Positions 37,006 through 46,592 of a stretch of 64,000 nucleotides of DNA are shown one piece after another. The position numbers and the translations under genes were made by a program. Within the stretch, counting starts at the first letter, position 1. Every line of letters starts with the position of its first letter. The notes under the pieces were generated by a model. The model was not told the DNA's origin. It did not search any database and worked only from the letters and a program-made list of their open reading frames with translations. Source of the DNA: Myxococcota bacterium (GTDB lineage: Bacteria > Myxococcota_C > UBA6777); contig JAKLKB010000020.1 in the NCBI GenBank assembly GCA_023150835.1, positions 1 to 64,000 of the forward strand, written 5' to 3'.

Positions 37006-38865
37006 TCACAACAAGATCGAAAAACTCAACACGATGCTTTGATCAAAAGACCACTTGTCTAAGCCCGCAGCAACGGGCGTTGCAGGGTCGCGTCGAACAC
37101 GTAGCCGATAGAACAACGACGCATAATGCGACAAACGCAGAGTGATCGTCGTGCGCCATGTGATATCGAAATCATCGAAGGCTGTAAACGGCGCAAGCAT
37201 ATCGAATTCGGTGGTGAAGGTCAGAAATCGGGTGATCTGTCCTGTCGCAACGACGGCCAATTCGATGCCTTCGCGGTGAGACCACGTTTTGCGAAAAAAA
37301 CGCAAATGGATGTGTTGTTCTTGGTTCGCGGTGTTGGGGCAGCGCGAAGTGTTCCAAGGAGCCGAAGGATCGCGCAGATCGGGATCACGACAACGCGCAG
37401 AATAGTCACTCGTCGTCGTCGATCCGCCCTGAAACACGGCTCGCGCCACTTCTTGGCGAAACCCAACCCCCACCAAGATCCGCAGATCCAACCAAGAATA
37501 CTGCAAAGCTTGAAGATTCACCCCAAGCCCTTGCTTGATCAACAAGGGATCCCAAAAGTCACTCAAATCGATCCGATCCGCTGCGCTTCCCTTGGCGTCT
37601 GTCAAAAGAGAACAAGCTGCCTCTGTTTCGCATCGAAAGATCGATGCTCCGATCGAACGTTCTAGATCAGAGATGTAGTACGTCCCCGGAAAGATATTGC
37701 TCTCCAACCCCACCCGCGCATAAGGCCCCAAAAAGCTCAAGATCCGATAGATATAGATCGCTTCTAGCTCCACACGATCCGCGCTTTTTCGCAGATCGAT
37801 CTGATCGATCCGCGAAAAGTTGGGGATCGTAAAACCCAGCTCGACGTTTAAAAAGCTCCGAAAGAAGTGACGCTCCGTGTTGTACGTTGCACGGCCTGTA
37901 AAAAACGTCGTCAAGCTAAAGCGATGCCCGGGCGTTGTCGCAGGTACATTTTCCACATTGTTCCACAAAAAGTTTCCCGACAACTGCAAACTCCACGTCC
38001 ACGCCCCTTGTCGCTCCAGACCCAACTGGCGCAACAACAACACCCCTCCCCCTCGCACACGACCATCGTTGCGGTCTTTGATTAGCCGAAAAAAAGTCAC
38101 TTCTCCTTCGTTTACTTGTACGGTCAGAAAGTCTGTCCGCGCCAGATAAGTATCCCCCACTTGAACGATCATATAAAGTCCGGGTGGCAACAACCACGGT
38201 CGCACTTTCTCGCCGATCCGCTCGTCTGCGCCGATCCCCGTCCCGATACCACGCCGCGATTCAAGGTGGATCAAGTCGTACGTTCCGCGAAACTGCACCA
38301 ACGATTCATCCTGCACCAAGATCACCAACGCCGCCCAAAGCGCCCGAATGATCGTCAGTTGCGAGGCATACACGCGAACATGATAACGCGGCAACACCGT
38401 ACCTGCACGTGAGCCGATCTGCACCGTGTAGCGACCGGGATAAACGAAGGCTTTCTTGCCTGTCGGGTTGGTTGCGACTTGGCGACCTTTGGTATCATAA
38501 ACAATGTAAGAGGTTTGCGAGACATTTTGCTGCTGGATAATACGCGGAACAAAGATCGCGCCCAAACGCGGAGGGATCGGCACAGGGTCGCTACCGATTT
38601 GACGGCGCAACTCGTCCATCTCGTCTGATTTCACGAGAGAACGGATATCTTCGCGCAATCCGGCCATCCCTTTCTCTAGCTGTTGGGGTGTCAAGACCAA
38701 GACGTTCTGAGGCGTGGCTTCGCGATCGGAAAAGATCCCGCCCCCCGGGATCGCTTGGGGAGGCGCTGCAATACTCTCTCGCAGACCTCCCCACACGACG
38801 CCGCTCACGATCAAACACACCCACCAACACCGTGCAAAAGCATCCATCCAAGCACTCCAATCCAT
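37006..38865 (-). CDS. Exported protein with a probable C-terminal beta-barrel (outer-membrane protein, function unknown)
   Basis: Hydrophobic N-terminal segment; amphipathic beta-strand pattern in the C-terminal half; the 5' part of the listed ORF lies inside a repeat element, so the start was re-called. Confidence 0.65.
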   Translation of the reverse strand: MDWSAWMDAFARCWWVCLIVSGVVWGGLRESIAAPPQAIPGGGIFSDREATPQNVLVLTPQQLEKGMAGLREDIRSLVKSDEMDELRRQIGSDPVPIPPRLGAIFVPRIIQQQNVSQTSYIVYDTKGRQVATNPTGKKAFVYPGRYTVQIGSRAGTVLPRYHVRVYASQLTIIRALWAALVILVQDESLVQFRGTYDLIHLESRRGIGTGIGADERIGEKVRPWLLPPGLYMIVQVGDTYLARTDFLTVQVNEGEVTFFRLIKDRNDGRVRGGGVLLLRQLGLERQGAWTWSLQLSGNFLWNNVENVPATTPGHRFSLTTFFTGRATYNTERHFFRSFLNVELGFTIPNFSRIDQIDLRKSADRVELEAIYIYRILSFLGPYARVGLESNIFPGTYYISDLERSIGASIFRCETEAACSLLTDAKGSAADRIDLSDFWDPLLIKQGLGVNLQALQYSWLDLRILVGVGFRQEVARAVFQGGSTTTSDYSARCRDPDLRDPSAPWNTSRCPNTANQEQHIHLRFFRKTWSHREGIELAVVATGQITRFLTFTTEFDMLAPFTAFDDFDITWRTTITLRLSHYASLFYRLRVRRDPATPVAAGLDKWSFDQSIVLSFSILL

Positions 38866-38924
38866 CCGCAATTCCGTCGTTTGGCCAACAAAGGCTCGGA
38901 CACCCAAGATCCGACCACAGCTTG

Positions 38925-39037
38925 TACGAAATCCGCAGTGCGCGTGATCGCCAAGAGGTCGGGGCAGACAGGTGTGGCTGCCCAATAATCGGGCGTTTAC
39001 GTACTCTCCTTTGTGGATACATCACTCGGATATCGTG
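38925..39037. mobile_element. 113-bp MITE/REP-like element (copy E, inverted)
   Basis: Ends TACGAAATCCG and CGGATATCGTG; internal hairpin GGGCAGAC-AGGTGT-GGCTGCCC; abuts the mlaD stop codon. Confidence 0.75.
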
Positions 39038-40276
39038 TTATTCCTTGACAATCAGACCGCCTTTTTTGTTTTCATCCCGCGAGATCACAAGGCGAATCAA
39101 AGAACGAAAGATCCGAGAACGCTTGACTTGGCCCAAGATCGCTTTGAAGTCCTCAAACGCTGTTGGGTCGTTGATCAATGCCCCCAAAGAGCCTTTCCCT
39201 GTGCGGATATCCCGTAAGATCGTGCGGATATCGTCGGTGGATCGGTTGAGATTGGTGAGGATCTGGCTGGTTTCTGGATCAAACAACAGCTTGTTTAACA
39301 ACGTTCCAGACTTGCGCGGCGCTGAAAGCAAAACTTTGAGCGCTCGCGTGATATCTGCCGCTCCCTTCGCGGTGTCTTCGAGCGAAGTCAGTAACACGCG
39401 GCCTTCCTTGGACAACAACATCCGATGCAGCATCGTCCCGGGACGCTGAACACCTCGCAAAAAGCGAGAGACCTGCGCCCCCGTATCTGCGAGTCCTTGG
39501 ATGGTTCGGCGCACCTCCACAACAGAACCTTGGACGCTGCGGGAAAGCTCTTTGGAAAACAACAGATCGTGCGCAAGGCCCGGACCTGTGCGCACCTTGC
39601 TCATCATCCCATCCACCGAAGCAACGATGCCTTTGATATTTGCCGTAAGCTGTTGGTCTTTGTATTGACCAAGGATATCGTTGATCAAAGACACGGTCTT
39701 TCCCGCATCTTTGGCGATATCCTTGACCTGCACAAGGATCTCCGAAAGCCCTTTGGGTGTTTCACCTTGGACATCTCCTTCTTCTTTCAGGTTCGATCCC
39801 TTCGTACCGATCGAGATATCCACCAAGGAGTCCCCTAACAGCCCTTTTCCTTTGACGTTCGCAACAGAATCTGCCCGAATCTTGGACAAGATCGAAGAGT
39901 CGATCTTCATCCGAACGCGGATACTACGAGGGTTAACCTTCGGTGTGCTTTGAAGCTCTTTGGGGATGGCCTGTCCAGCATCTTTCAACAACGCGATCAT
40001 CTCTTGGTTTCGCTTGGTTTCGCGCTCAAGATCTTTTTGCTTTTCTTCTGTAGACATCAGCCAGATCTTATCGACTACGCCGATCTTGAATCCCGAAAGC
40101 GTCACCATCGATCCCACGCTCAAGCCTGCGACGTTCTCAAACGACGAGTACACCGAGACTTGCTTGTCAAAGGCTCGGTTGGCGGTCCCCACAATAAAAA
40201 TGATCACCCCGCCGATCAATAGCGCAGCGATCAAGAAGACACCCACGCGGATCTCTATGGTTCTTTCCGAAGCCAT
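39038..40276 (-). CDS. mlaD: MCE/MlaD family lipid-transport periplasmic protein
   Basis: EIRVGVF + TM; FENVAGLSVGSMVTLSGFKIGVV; ADSVANVKGKGLLGDSLVDI; helical tail with GKGSLGALIND. Confidence 0.92.
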   Translation of the reverse strand: MASERTIEIRVGVFLIAALLIGGVIIFIVGTANRAFDKQVSVYSSFENVAGLSVGSMVTLSGFKIGVVDKIWLMSTEEKQKDLERETKRNQEMIALLKDAGQAIPKELQSTPKVNPRSIRVRMKIDSSILSKIRADSVANVKGKGLLGDSLVDISIGTKGSNLKEEGDVQGETPKGLSEILVQVKDIAKDAGKTVSLINDILGQYKDQQLTANIKGIVASVDGMMSKVRTGPGLAHDLLFSKELSRSVQGSVVEVRRTIQGLADTGAQVSRFLRGVQRPGTMLHRMLLSKEGRVLLTSLEDTAKGAADITRALKVLLSAPRKSGTLLNKLLFDPETSQILTNLNRSTDDIRTILRDIRTGKGSLGALINDPTAFEDFKAILGQVKRSRIFRSLIRLVISRDENKKGGLIVKE

Positions 40277-40282
40277 CTCGGA

Positions 40283-41671
40283 TTACTCCTTGTCTTTTTG
40301 GGCATCGCCCTTGCGTTGAGAACGCTCTTTGTTTTCGGAGCCGATGAAAAAATGCACCGCCGAAGCCCATCCTTGTAGGTTCTTAAGCATGATCACCAGA
40401 TCCGCGTACGCACTTGCATCGTAAAGAAGCGCTCCGATCGATCCGCGACCGTTCCGTAATTTTCGGATGATCCGACGCATCTCGTTGCTTGCGATGCGGA
40501 TGTTCGCAAGCATCTTGGCGGCTTCGGGATCAAACAGCATACGATTCACAAAAGTGCCTTGCCGCTGCGGTGCTTTGAGCAACAGATGGACTTCTTGTAA
40601 CACCAACGCCGCCAACGCCAACAGTTCTTGTGAGAGCGCCAACAAACGGCGACCATCCGACGAAAGCAGCAGGTGTTGAATCAATGTCCCGCGTTCTTGC
40701 GCACCTTTCAAGATCTGACTGACTCCGCCACCGAGATCCGCCAGATGACGGATCGCAAAACGCACATCGTTTAATAAGACCCGTGCATCGCGTGCCAAGC
40801 GACGAGAGGTCAGCAGATCATGAACCAGACCCGAACCACGATTGCCTTGTGCAAGCATCTGATCCGTATGTTCCAAGATGCCCTTGAGATGGCGCCAAAG
40901 CACAGGATCACCCAACTCAGCGAGAAAATAATTGATCAATTTCAGACTGCGCCGAAGCTGATCCGCGATCCGATTGATATCACCGATCACTTCGACCACT
41001 TGGGCATCTGAGGCCCCTTCCAGCTCTGCATCACGCGGTAGATCCATCGATGGCACCACACCACGCAAGAGGCTCGTCGAGATATCGACCACCGCACGCC
41101 CCAACATCCCCTTGCCTCGGATGGTGGCCACCGAATCTTTGCCTAGCCACGAAAAAAAAGAACGCGACACACGCACGCGCACACGCAAAGAACGCGCAAT
41201 CATCGGCACTTCCCAACGTACATCCGTCCCTTTGGACGTCTTCACCCGCGCCTTACGCAAAAACTTGGGCAAAGCTTGCTCCAAAGCAGCCTCGATCTTG
41301 CCCTCACGTTCGGCAAGATCAACGATATCTTTGAACTTCTTTTGGATGCCTTCGAGATGCAGTACACGCACACGCCGCAACATCAAGGGCCGCAGATGCT
41401 CTCGTCGTTGCGCTTGTTGCGCAAGATCTCTTTCTTGCTCATCAGGCCGAAGTAGCCGAACACTTTCGACCACCCCCACATTCATCCCCGCGATGGTCGC
41501 AAAAGCGCCTTCGTAGATCCCCTCCACAGAGCGGTAGTTTGCGCTGATGTAGCCGCGTTCCTCGAATAACTTTGTTGCCGAACCGATCAAATAGACTACC
41601 CATGCCGTACACAACAACGAAGCGAGACAAAACAAAAACACCCGGATGTACACGGATATCGATAGCTGCAT
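40283..41671 (-). CDS. mlaD: Second, divergent MCE/MlaD family protein
   Basis: N-terminal TM; VEGIYEGAFATIAGMNVGVV; DSVATIRGKGMLG; GRGSIGALLYD. Confidence 0.8.
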   Translation of the reverse strand: MQLSISVYIRVFLFCLASLLCTAWVVYLIGSATKLFEERGYISANYRSVEGIYEGAFATIAGMNVGVVESVRLLRPDEQERDLAQQAQRREHLRPLMLRRVRVLHLEGIQKKFKDIVDLAEREGKIEAALEQALPKFLRKARVKTSKGTDVRWEVPMIARSLRVRVRVSRSFFSWLGKDSVATIRGKGMLGRAVVDISTSLLRGVVPSMDLPRDAELEGASDAQVVEVIGDINRIADQLRRSLKLINYFLAELGDPVLWRHLKGILEHTDQMLAQGNRGSGLVHDLLTSRRLARDARVLLNDVRFAIRHLADLGGGVSQILKGAQERGTLIQHLLLSSDGRRLLALSQELLALAALVLQEVHLLLKAPQRQGTFVNRMLFDPEAAKMLANIRIASNEMRRIIRKLRNGRGSIGALLYDASAYADLVIMLKNLQGWASAVHFFIGSENKERSQRKGDAQKDKE

Positions 41672-41682
41672 CTTGCCCTCGC

Positions 41683-42489
41683 TTATTCTTCTTCGTCTGG
41701 AATTCCACGAAGAAAGTTTTGTAAGATCTCATCCTCCGCGTTGCGCATCTCTTGAACTGTACCGATGCGATGGATACGCCGACCAGAAAGAAACGCGATC
41801 CTATCGGAAAAATAAAAGGCCCCTCCCATATCGTGCGTGATCACCATCGCGGTCACGCCCCGTTCTTGTTGTACGGTACGGATCAGCTTGTTGACACGAA
41901 CCGTACTTTCGGGATCGAGACCCGTCGTGGGTTCATCGTACAAAATAACCTCGGGCTGCATGACGATCGAACGCGCCAGACCGACCAGTTTGCGCATCCC
42001 CCCCGATAATTCGGAAGGATAACGCGCAGCAAACGAGCGCGGAAGATTGATCAGATCGAGTTGCGCTTCCACGCGCTCGCGGATCGCCGTCTCTTCCAAG
42101 CGTAGATGTTCGCGCAATGGATAGGCGATATTCTCGAAGACTGTAAGCGAATCGAAAAGAGCCGCCAACTGAAACACCATCGAGATCCGCTTGCGCACTT
42201 CGATGAGCTGAAACTCCGACAGATGGGTCAGATCCACCCCCCTATACAAGATCTGCCCCGTATCTGCGGTCAGCAAACCGATCAAGATCTTGATCATCAC
42301 GCTCTTGCCTTGCCCCGATCCCCCAAGGATGGTCAGCGTCTCCCCCGACAAGACATCGAAATGCAGATCTTCGTAGATGCGCTTGCTGCCGAAAGCTTTT
42401 TGCACGTGAACATAACGGATCAGCGGTTCTCCCGCAGGAACGGGCGTTTCATCAAATTGAACTGCGAAGCCTGCACACATACATCCCAC
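41683..42489 (-). CDS. mlaF: MlaF-type ABC transporter ATPase
   Basis: GGSGQGKS, VFQLAALFDSLTVFENIA, LSGGMRK, LYDEPTTGLDP, ITHD. Confidence 0.93.
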   Translation of the reverse strand: MGCMCAGFAVQFDETPVPAGEPLIRYVHVQKAFGSKRIYEDLHFDVLSGETLTILGGSGQGKSVMIKILIGLLTADTGQILYRGVDLTHLSEFQLIEVRKRISMVFQLAALFDSLTVFENIAYPLREHLRLEETAIRERVEAQLDLINLPRSFAARYPSELSGGMRKLVGLARSIVMQPEVILYDEPTTGLDPESTVRVNKLIRTVQQERGVTAMVITHDMGGAFYFSDRIAFLSGRRIHRIGTVQEMRNAEDEILQNFLRGIPDEEE

Positions 42490-42495
42490 CCAGCC

Positions 42496-43290
42496 TTAGC
42501 GAAAAACCACCAACAAGATCTGCGTCAAAAAGAAATCGCTGATCAACACACTGATGCTAATCAATTCAACGGTTCCCGTTGTGGAAAGCCCCACGCCTTG
42601 GGTGCCGCCTTGGGTGTTGAAACCTTGGTAACAACCGATCACAGCCACCAAAAAGCCGAATACAACAGCCTTAATCAAGCCCGTAAAAAAGTCACCTAGA
42701 TCCACAACGTCCAACGACGATTGATAGAAAAACAAGGGGGGGATATTAAACTGACTGGACGAAAGTCCTTGGGCAGCCAAAAACCCCGTAATATCGGCAA
42801 AAACAGTCAGCATCGGCATGATAATCAAACTGGCCGCAAGACGGGGTACGATCAGCTTTCGGATCGGGTCCGCACCCAACGCACGGATCGCGTCGATCTG
42901 CTCCCCGACCTTCATCGAACCCAACTCCGCTGCCATCCCACTACCGATCCGCCCTCCCACGATCAAAGCCGTCAACACAGGAGCCAACTCACGAAACAAA
43001 GAAACCGCAACCACCGGCCCCACATAATCTTGCGCACCAAACTTCCCAAGGCCGTAGGCAAATTGAAGCGCCATCACGCCACCGATCGCCGCAGCCGTCA
43101 ACAAACCGATCCGCAAAGAGCGAACTCCCAAAAGCTCGATCTGAGCGATCACTGCGCGTAGATCATACGGCGGCAAGACCATGCGCCACGCCGCCAAGTA
43201 CGACAACCGCGTGATCGAACCCATAAACCAGATGTATTCGATGGCACGCGCACCGACCGTTTGAAACAAAGAAACAAACCAAGCGCTCAT
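42496..43290 (-). CDS. mlaE: MlaE-type ABC transporter permease
   Basis: RELAPVLTALIVGGRIGSGMAAELGSMKVGEQIDAIRALG, PRL, GGTQGVG. Confidence 0.95.
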   Translation of the reverse strand: MSAWFVSLFQTVGARAIEYIWFMGSITRLSYLAAWRMVLPPYDLRAVIAQIELLGVRSLRIGLLTAAAIGGVMALQFAYGLGKFGAQDYVGPVVAVSLFRELAPVLTALIVGGRIGSGMAAELGSMKVGEQIDAIRALGADPIRKLIVPRLAASLIIMPMLTVFADITGFLAAQGLSSSQFNIPPLFFYQSSLDVVDLGDFFTGLIKAVVFGFLVAVIGCYQGFNTQGGTQGVGLSTTGTVELISISVLISDFFLTQILLVVFR

Positions 43291-43880
43291 TGTGACAACA
43301 CCCGAAATCCCGCGATCACACGATAAAAATCACCCACACCAAGGCCAAAATTCCACGGAAGCGTCACATAAGCCATGTCATAGATGCAGCGGTTTTTTTT
43401 CATCACCAAAAGCGCCGCTTTGACGGGACGACCATCCATGCGCGCAGTCATCTCTGTGTACAAAGCATCGCGAGCATCGATACGACGGCGCTCTTGCACC
43501 AGCACCTTGCGATGCGTCAGCCCGTAAAACAGGTGATCCGTCAAGATCCGCAACGGCACATCTTCGTAATCTTTCCGACAAGTCGAGTTGATCTGAATGG
43601 CGGCATTATAACCCTCATGGATGTAAGCGATGTTGTTCTCACTCACCCGCACAAAGCGCCAGTCTTTTCCGATCTCGCCCACCCGATAACGCATATCACC
43701 GTCATAATAAACGCTTCCTTTGAGGCCCGTAGCAGGGCATCCCCCCAAACAAAACCATCCCCCCGCCAAGATCGCCGCCACCCCCATACGCACCAAACAC
43801 CTCAACCAAACCAACAAGCGAAGAGACCGCAACATACTTCCATTCCTATCCAAACAACACCGCTTGAGCGCGCAAACCAC
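43287..43880 (-). CDS. Putative lipoprotein coupled to the mla operon; start uncertain
   Basis: Lipobox-like CLGGC; 4-nt overlap with the mlaE start. Confidence 0.7.
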   Translation of the reverse strand: MVCALKRCCLDRNGSMLRSLRLLVWLRCLVRMGVAAILAGGWFCLGGCPATGLKGSVYYDGDMRYRVGEIGKDWRFVRVSENNIAYIHEGYNAAIQINSTCRKDYEDVPLRILTDHLFYGLTHRKVLVQERRRIDARDALYTEMTARMDGRPVKAALLVMKKNRCIYDMAYVTLPWNFGLGVGDFYRVIAGFRVLSQ

Positions 43881-44072
43881 AACATGCCTTTACCTTTCAA
43901 GCGAAAAAGCAACGAAGAAGACGAAGGCAAGGCGATGTGCAACACACGAAGGCAATTCTCCGAAAGACACTAGCGAAAAACGCCACAGCGCGTCAAGCAC
44001 CACACAAAGCCACCCCAACCGTGAGTCCTCTCCTCCCCCCCCCCAACGCCCCCGTCGATCTTCGTTGAAAGG

Positions 44073-45518
44073 TTACCAATCTTCTTCGGGTTCATCGCCT
44101 CGACGGCGTGGGGGAGGACGACGGCGGGAAGTCGTGCGTGCGTCGGGTTGGACGCGTGCGCCGGGTTGGGTGCGTGCGGCAGGTTCGGTCTTGGTCGTTG
44201 CAGCGGGTTCTTCTTCGGGTTCTCCGCTCCCTGCATCCACGCGCAAGATCGTGGGCGGCGGCAATTCGCCTGTGGTCGGCGATAATGGACGGCCCTTCAG
44301 CTTTCGGGCAGCAGAGAACTTCATCCCAATCCGCGCAGCGATGGCTTTGATCTCAGGATTTCCGCGAACAAACGCATCGCGGATCACCCCACCACCCGTT
44401 TGAAAACCAAGCGCAAGCAAGGCTTCTGCGGCATACAAACGCACCAAGAGATGCGGATCGCGCAGTGCCGCTTCAAGCGCTTCTTGTGTCTCTGGGTCTT
44501 TGACTTCGACAAGCGCTTGCGCAGCATCAACCCGTGTATTGGGGTTGCTGTCTTTTAACAGACCTGCAAGCACACTTCCGCCCTCGCGCCGACCGAGCCG
44601 ACCGAGCGCATAACCCGCAGCGATCTGCACTTCTTTCGAGCCATCCTTGAGCAAGCCAACCAGTTTGTCTCTCGCGGATTTACCGCCAAGATCGCCAAGT
44701 GTCGTGGCTGCGATCTTGCGGGAGCTTGCAGTATCCGAAGACAAATCCGCAGTAAACAGCTTGATCCAGCTTTTATCGCCCAATTGCTTGAGCGATTGCG
44801 CCAATTGAGCGCGCACACGGCGGTTGTTGTTGCTGGCCATCTGCTCGCGCAAAAACTCCGCCACACCGCGATCTTTGACCTCGCCAAGAAAGCGAGCGCA
44901 CATCAGCTTCGATCCGCCCGTTTCTTTTTGATAGCATGTTTGTAACGCTTCCATTCCGCCCTTGTCACGGAGTTGAGCAAGCGCCAATGCCGCTTGGTAG
45001 CGCACAAAAGGACGACGCTCTTCGAGCAGCTTGCGCAACGGCTTCACGGCGCTCTTGTCGCCCAGTTCACCGAGTGCTTCGGCGGCTTTCATGCGCGTCA
45101 AAAAGTTCGGCGAGGACAACAACGGCAGCAGTGCCTTCACCGCTTCTTTTTTCTTCATCTTGCCCAAAAACTCGGCGGTCACTTGTTGGCCTTTTCCATC
45201 CGAGCCCCCCAGCAGATCGCGGGTGTACGACCAAACCAGCTTGCCCAAGACTTCGGGGTCTTCGCTGTCGTTCATCGCCACCAACACTTCGTACGCACGC
45301 AGCGCCTTTTCCACTTGGCCGAGCTGCGCAAGCGCATCCACCCGCAGGGCCACAGCCTGTTTCATGTACTTGTCGAGCTGTTTGAGCGCAGCTTTCGCTT
45401 GCCCTTTTTTGAGCTGTCCTTTGAGCGTGTCCAGTTCTCCCGCATGGGCCGGAACCCACGCGCACAAACCCCAAAGAATCCATGTCGCAAAACCAATCGC
45501 GGTGTGTCTCTGCATCAA
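44073..45518 (-). CDS. Exported HEAT-repeat protein
   Basis: Signal peptide (..VPAHA); repeated RxxAAxALGxLGD..AVxPL..LL HEAT motifs. Confidence 0.88.
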   Translation of the reverse strand: MMQRHTAIGFATWILWGLCAWVPAHAGELDTLKGQLKKGQAKAALKQLDKYMKQAVALRVDALAQLGQVEKALRAYEVLVAMNDSEDPEVLGKLVWSYTRDLLGGSDGKGQQVTAEFLGKMKKKEAVKALLPLLSSPNFLTRMKAAEALGELGDKSAVKPLRKLLEERRPFVRYQAALALAQLRDKGGMEALQTCYQKETGGSKLMCARFLGEVKDRGVAEFLREQMASNNNRRVRAQLAQSLKQLGDKSWIKLFTADLSSDTASSRKIAATTLGDLGGKSARDKLVGLLKDGSKEVQIAAGYALGRLGRREGGSVLAGLLKDSNPNTRVDAAQALVEVKDPETQEALEAALRDPHLLVRLYAAEALLALGFQTGGGVIRDAFVRGNPEIKAIAARIGMKFSAARKLKGRPLSPTTGELPPPTILRVDAGSGEPEEEPAATTKTEPAARTQPGARVQPDARTTSRRRPPPRRRGDEPEEDW

Positions 45519-45530
45519 GTCTTGTCTCCT

Positions 45531-46574
45531 TTATGGTCTCAAGTGAACGGCGGGGAGATTGCCTTCTCTCGTTGTGGGATGCAAGGAGCAAGCTCCATGC
45601 GTCGAAAAAACGGATGCGGATCGTACAGATCGGGGAGTTTCTTTGAAGACGGGTGGAAGGGGATATCGGAACAAAGACAGCGAAGCGGCCTGCAAGTATT
45701 TGCGCGCAAAGTCATCAAGAAAGCCTTGCACGCTGCTTCCGACCTGCTGCACAAAAGCTTGCTCGAATGTGTTTCCAGTGCGCATCGACCGCAACAATCG
45801 GCTCACCCCTTCTTGCTTAATCCGTTGCTGAAGTTCATCAAACAGCCAGTGACCAAGGCTATACAGCTCGTTTTGATAAAAGCGCAACGCCTCCACAGAT
45901 TCAAGCGCACGCCAAACCCGCTTGCCTTGGGGACTCGCAAAAAAAGAAGCCAAGCGCTCCACCGACAAACGGACATAACCTTGCTGCGCGGTCACAGAAG
46001 CCATTCCTTCCCGAAACCACAGGGGTATCGAGCGATTGTCCCAATCTTTTTGCTCGCAGCACATCTGAAACATCGCAACATGCGCGATCTCGTGCGTCAA
46101 CAGCTCTGTCAAAGGCCACTGATAAAACTGCCTGCGCCACGTACGAGGACTTTGCAACCAGATATCTCCATAACGCGCCCAAGCCCGTACCCATGGCAAA
46201 CGAAGCTGCAACGCTTCCTCAAGCGACTGATGCGTCGGAAAGATCCGCAGATGCAGCGGAGCTTCTAAGGTCGTCCAACGCTGATTCTCTCGCAAAGCGT
46301 ACAGTGTGGCTTTGAGCGTGTCCGAAACAACAGCGGCATCTCGCTCAAAAAACGAAAGACGCACCGAATTGGGAGCCTCACGCGGAGTCGCTCGCACTTC
46401 CAGCGGAAAATCGGGGATGATCGCCTCACGATAACAACCCACCAGCCCCAGCACCCACCCCAAGCACCACAACAACAGCATCCTCGCCTTTTTTTGCATC
46501 CATCGCTCCAAAAAAATCACCCGACCCACATCCATCGGACCAACACAATATCGTCGACGGATGTGATGGGGCAT
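45531..46574 (-). CDS. Peptidase MA-like zinc metalloprotease lipoprotein; true start probably ~46500
   Basis: HEIAH plus downstream PLWFREGMA (gluzincin third ligand); lipobox LVGC. Confidence 0.82.
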   Translation of the reverse strand: MPHHIRRRYCVGPMDVGRVIFLERWMQKKARMLLLWCLGWVLGLVGCYREAIIPDFPLEVRATPREAPNSVRLSFFERDAAVVSDTLKATLYALRENQRWTTLEAPLHLRIFPTHQSLEEALQLRLPWVRAWARYGDIWLQSPRTWRRQFYQWPLTELLTHEIAHVAMFQMCCEQKDWDNRSIPLWFREGMASVTAQQGYVRLSVERLASFFASPQGKRVWRALESVEALRFYQNELYSLGHWLFDELQQRIKQEGVSRLLRSMRTGNTFEQAFVQQVGSSVQGFLDDFARKYLQAASLSLFRYPLPPVFKETPRSVRSASVFSTHGACSLHPTTREGNLPAVHLRP

Positions 46575-46592
46575 TGCTTAGAAGCTGCGCGT

